Source: Heteronotia binoei (taxonomy: Eukaryota). Taken from it: a stretch of DNA of 64,000 nucleotides. The notes beneath the pieces were generated by a model. It was not told where the DNA came from, searched no databases, and was given only the letters and a program-made list of their open reading frames with translations. Position numbers and translations under genes: made by a program. The stretch spans positions 6,944,001 through 7,008,000 of the forward strand of contig NC_083241.1 of NCBI RefSeq assembly GCF_032191835.1, in the 5' to 3' direction. This document shows positions 61,501 to 64,000 of this stretch, one piece after another. Numbering within the stretch: the first letter of the stretch is position 1; each line of letters begins with the position of its first letter.

Positions 61501-62055
61501 GCATCTTTGGAAGCATTAATAACCCCTTGGTGTGGAACGTCCCTGGGCCAGAGTGTGTGTTCTCAAATGTCCGACCCACAGCCTTGTTTGTACGAGAATG
61601 GCAAGGGAGTTATTTTTTTTTAAGCGATCTAGGGCCAGACTGCCCCCCCCCACCCAAAAAAATATCATAGTGGCTTTGACCTCAGATATTGTGTTCTGTT
61701 AGCATTTGGTATTGTCTGATGTACTTAAAGAGGAATATTCAAGCATTTGTGTGACAGATTACAGTTCTCTGTGGGAATATTGGCCCCCTCCAGTTTGAGA
61801 ATCGAAACTGCTAACACTCCACAATGATTTCTGCTTACCCCAGTAAATGAGGATAGATTTCGTGTCCCCTTAGACCTTGGCCGTGTGACTTCCTTTGCTA
61901 AAAAAATTCTAGTTGCGAGTTCAAAAAGACGCTGCTTTGAATGCTCAAGACATCTAAAATCCCACGACTCTCCAGTCAGTAATAACTCCCACTGAACTGG
62001 AAGGTCGTTCTGATCTTGGCTGTGTTTGACAATAAACTTGTGCTTGGTACTCAAA

Positions 62056-62310
62056 GAGAGCCAGTTTGGTGTAGTGGTTAAGTGTGCAGACTCTTATCTG
62101 AGAGAACTGGGTTTGATTCCCCACTCCTCCACTTGCAGCTGCTGGAACGGCCTTGGGTTAGACATAGCTTTCGCAGGAGTTGTCCTTGAAAAGGCAGCTG
62201 CTGGGAGAGCCCTCTCAATGTCTGTTGTAAGGGGAGAAGGTATAGGGGATTGTAAACTGCTCTGAGACTCTGATTCAGAGACAGGCGAGGTATAAATCTG
62301 CCGTCTTCTT
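62056..62310 (+). mobile_element. Squam3-like SINE, diverged
   Basis: Same head and body as 59769-60057, with more mismatches. Confidence 0.8.
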
Positions 62311-63659
62311 GAAGAAAAAGCCACATTTGCTCAGATGTAGGTTTTTATTTGCACAGATTCCCTGGGAGGAGCTCCGTTGCGGAGATTTGGATCCAGGGGC
62401 TCAGGCCTTTTAATACTTGGCTCTCAGTGCACTGCCCTGCAAACAGTGTTCCCTCTAAGCTGAGTTAGTGTGAGCTAACTCACAGTTGTTTAGTCTCCAG
62501 CTCACACGTTTTTGTGTTAGCTCAGGAAAAATGGCCCCAGAGCAAACCAAGTTATGCAGCAGCTCACCACTTTAATGCCAGCAGCTCACAAAGTAGAATA
62601 TTTGCTCACAGGACTCCACAGCTTAGAGGGTCTGCTGCCTGTAAGACCCTTGAACTGTCAGGTTTGAAATATTTCATTAGCTGGAAGTGAGCTAGCTCTT
62701 TTTACTAATCCCCAAACCGCCCCTTCTACTCGCTGCTTTCTGAAATCCTCCAGCCGTGCTTGGATAAAGGCTTCCAAAACCACATTGTAGCTGGTTTTAA
62801 AAAGCAAAAGGCATTTGCGTGTCTGGGGGTGGTAGATATTTTTATTGCATTAATTTGGAAGAGCAAACCTGCCTAACAACAAACGTTTAAAATGTAAGGA
62901 ACCTGGAATGTCAAAAAACAGGTGTCTTTCTTTTTTTAAAAATCTGCCTTCTCTGTGATGGTTGTGAATTTCCAGATTGGATTCACTGATCTGTTCTTGC
63001 TTCTCCTCTGTTCTTGCTTCTTCCCAGCAGTCAGCAGGTTGAGCCAAGCTTTCAGTCTGGTTTCCTAAAGAGAGTCATTGCCTTAAATCTTTGCCAATGT
63101 CCCTCCATCATTCCATGCCAGACAGACGTTTTTTTCTGTCTCTCAGAACGACTACATGAATGATCGGACTACGCAACCACCATGAGTTTGCTTAATTTTT
63201 TCAAATCTTGGCGGAAACACCTGTTGGATTATCCCCCTTTTCTACATTTCCAGCTTTTAGCAGCCATCTGTCGTGTCTCGGTCACAAAAACGGTTATTTT
63301 AAAACATGAAAACTGCCGTTTAGGGGAACAGCTCCGAAAGGATCATCCATCCGCATCTGGAAAAGGGGTGGGGGAGGGGAATTGGTAGAGCTGCAACTGA
63401 TGCTGGGCTCTTGGTGCTGTTTTGGTTGTGAAGATGCAAACACTCTGGGGGTGAAGTTAACTTTCAGAGCTTAACGTGATCTAAAGCGGTGGTGTACCTA
63501 GCGTATCAGGCTAGGATCTGGAAGACTTACATTTTGAATCCCCACTCAGCCAGGGTGTCTTTGAGACATACATTCTGTCTCAGCGTAACCTACCTCGCAG
63601 GGTTGTTGTAAAGATCAAATAGACTGTAATCCCCTATGAGTTCTTGGAGAAAGAGTAGG

Positions 63660-63931
63660 CTAGGTTAATCAGATGCCCTGTTTTTAGACAAGTCTTGGGG
63701 TTCTTTTTGTTAGTGTGTTTGTGTGTGTCGTCCTTTTTTGGGGTTCTTTTTAAAAAGCTGACGAAAATGTCCTCTTCTGGGGTTGGAAGGTTAGGAATAT
63801 TCCTCGTTAGTAGAAATTATCGCAGTCTAAATGGTAGGAGCATTCCAAATGAGACTGGATGTAGCGATCATTTATTTGAAATAGTCGGGAAGTGTGTCCC
63901 TTTTTTTGCATTTTGAAATATGGTAGCCCTA
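63660..63931. mobile_element. Older hAT-like element related to 815-1594
   Basis: Shared GGTTAGGAATATTC block and the AAATATGGTAGCCCTAG end. Confidence 0.5.
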
Positions 63932-64000
63932 GGCTAGGCCCAGTAGTAATTGTGAAATAACCATAGTTTAAATAAACAAGTCAAAAATAAACTATGTTGA

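Noticed and set aside
63541-63560. CCACTCAGC, resembling the start of CHD2 exon 3
   Set aside because: It sits in a MIR-like SINE head with no acceptor and does not continue as the expected Ser-rich peptide; exon 3 is probably beyond the window.

Overview
This is eukaryotic (squamate reptile, probably gecko) genomic DNA, judged from Sauria/Squam-type SINEs, CR1, BovB and hAT MITEs; no prokaryotic features are present. The right half is the CHASERR-CHD2 locus on the + strand. A CpG-island promoter at ~37.0-37.9 kb drives a spliced non-coding gene (exons ending 37900, 42290-42366, 46153-46204, terminal exon 53593-~53955 with AATAAA). It ends ~2.1 kb upstream of a second CpG island carrying CHD2 exon 1 (~56040-56587) and the first coding exon (56949-57090, MMRNRDKSHGEEGSGHSNAS). 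CHD2 exon 3 was not found in the window. The left 37 kb is transposon-dense. It contains a CR1 LINE nested in a Sauria SINE, a chromodomain Ty3/Gypsy element with both LTRs but lacking protease and RT, many hAT MITEs with 8-bp target-site duplications, and tandem arrays built from retroelement tails. The unique sequence between these repeats holds + strand exon-like fragments that may be a decayed multi-exon gene (unidentified, low confidence). Family names and human comparisons are from recalled knowledge, not searches.
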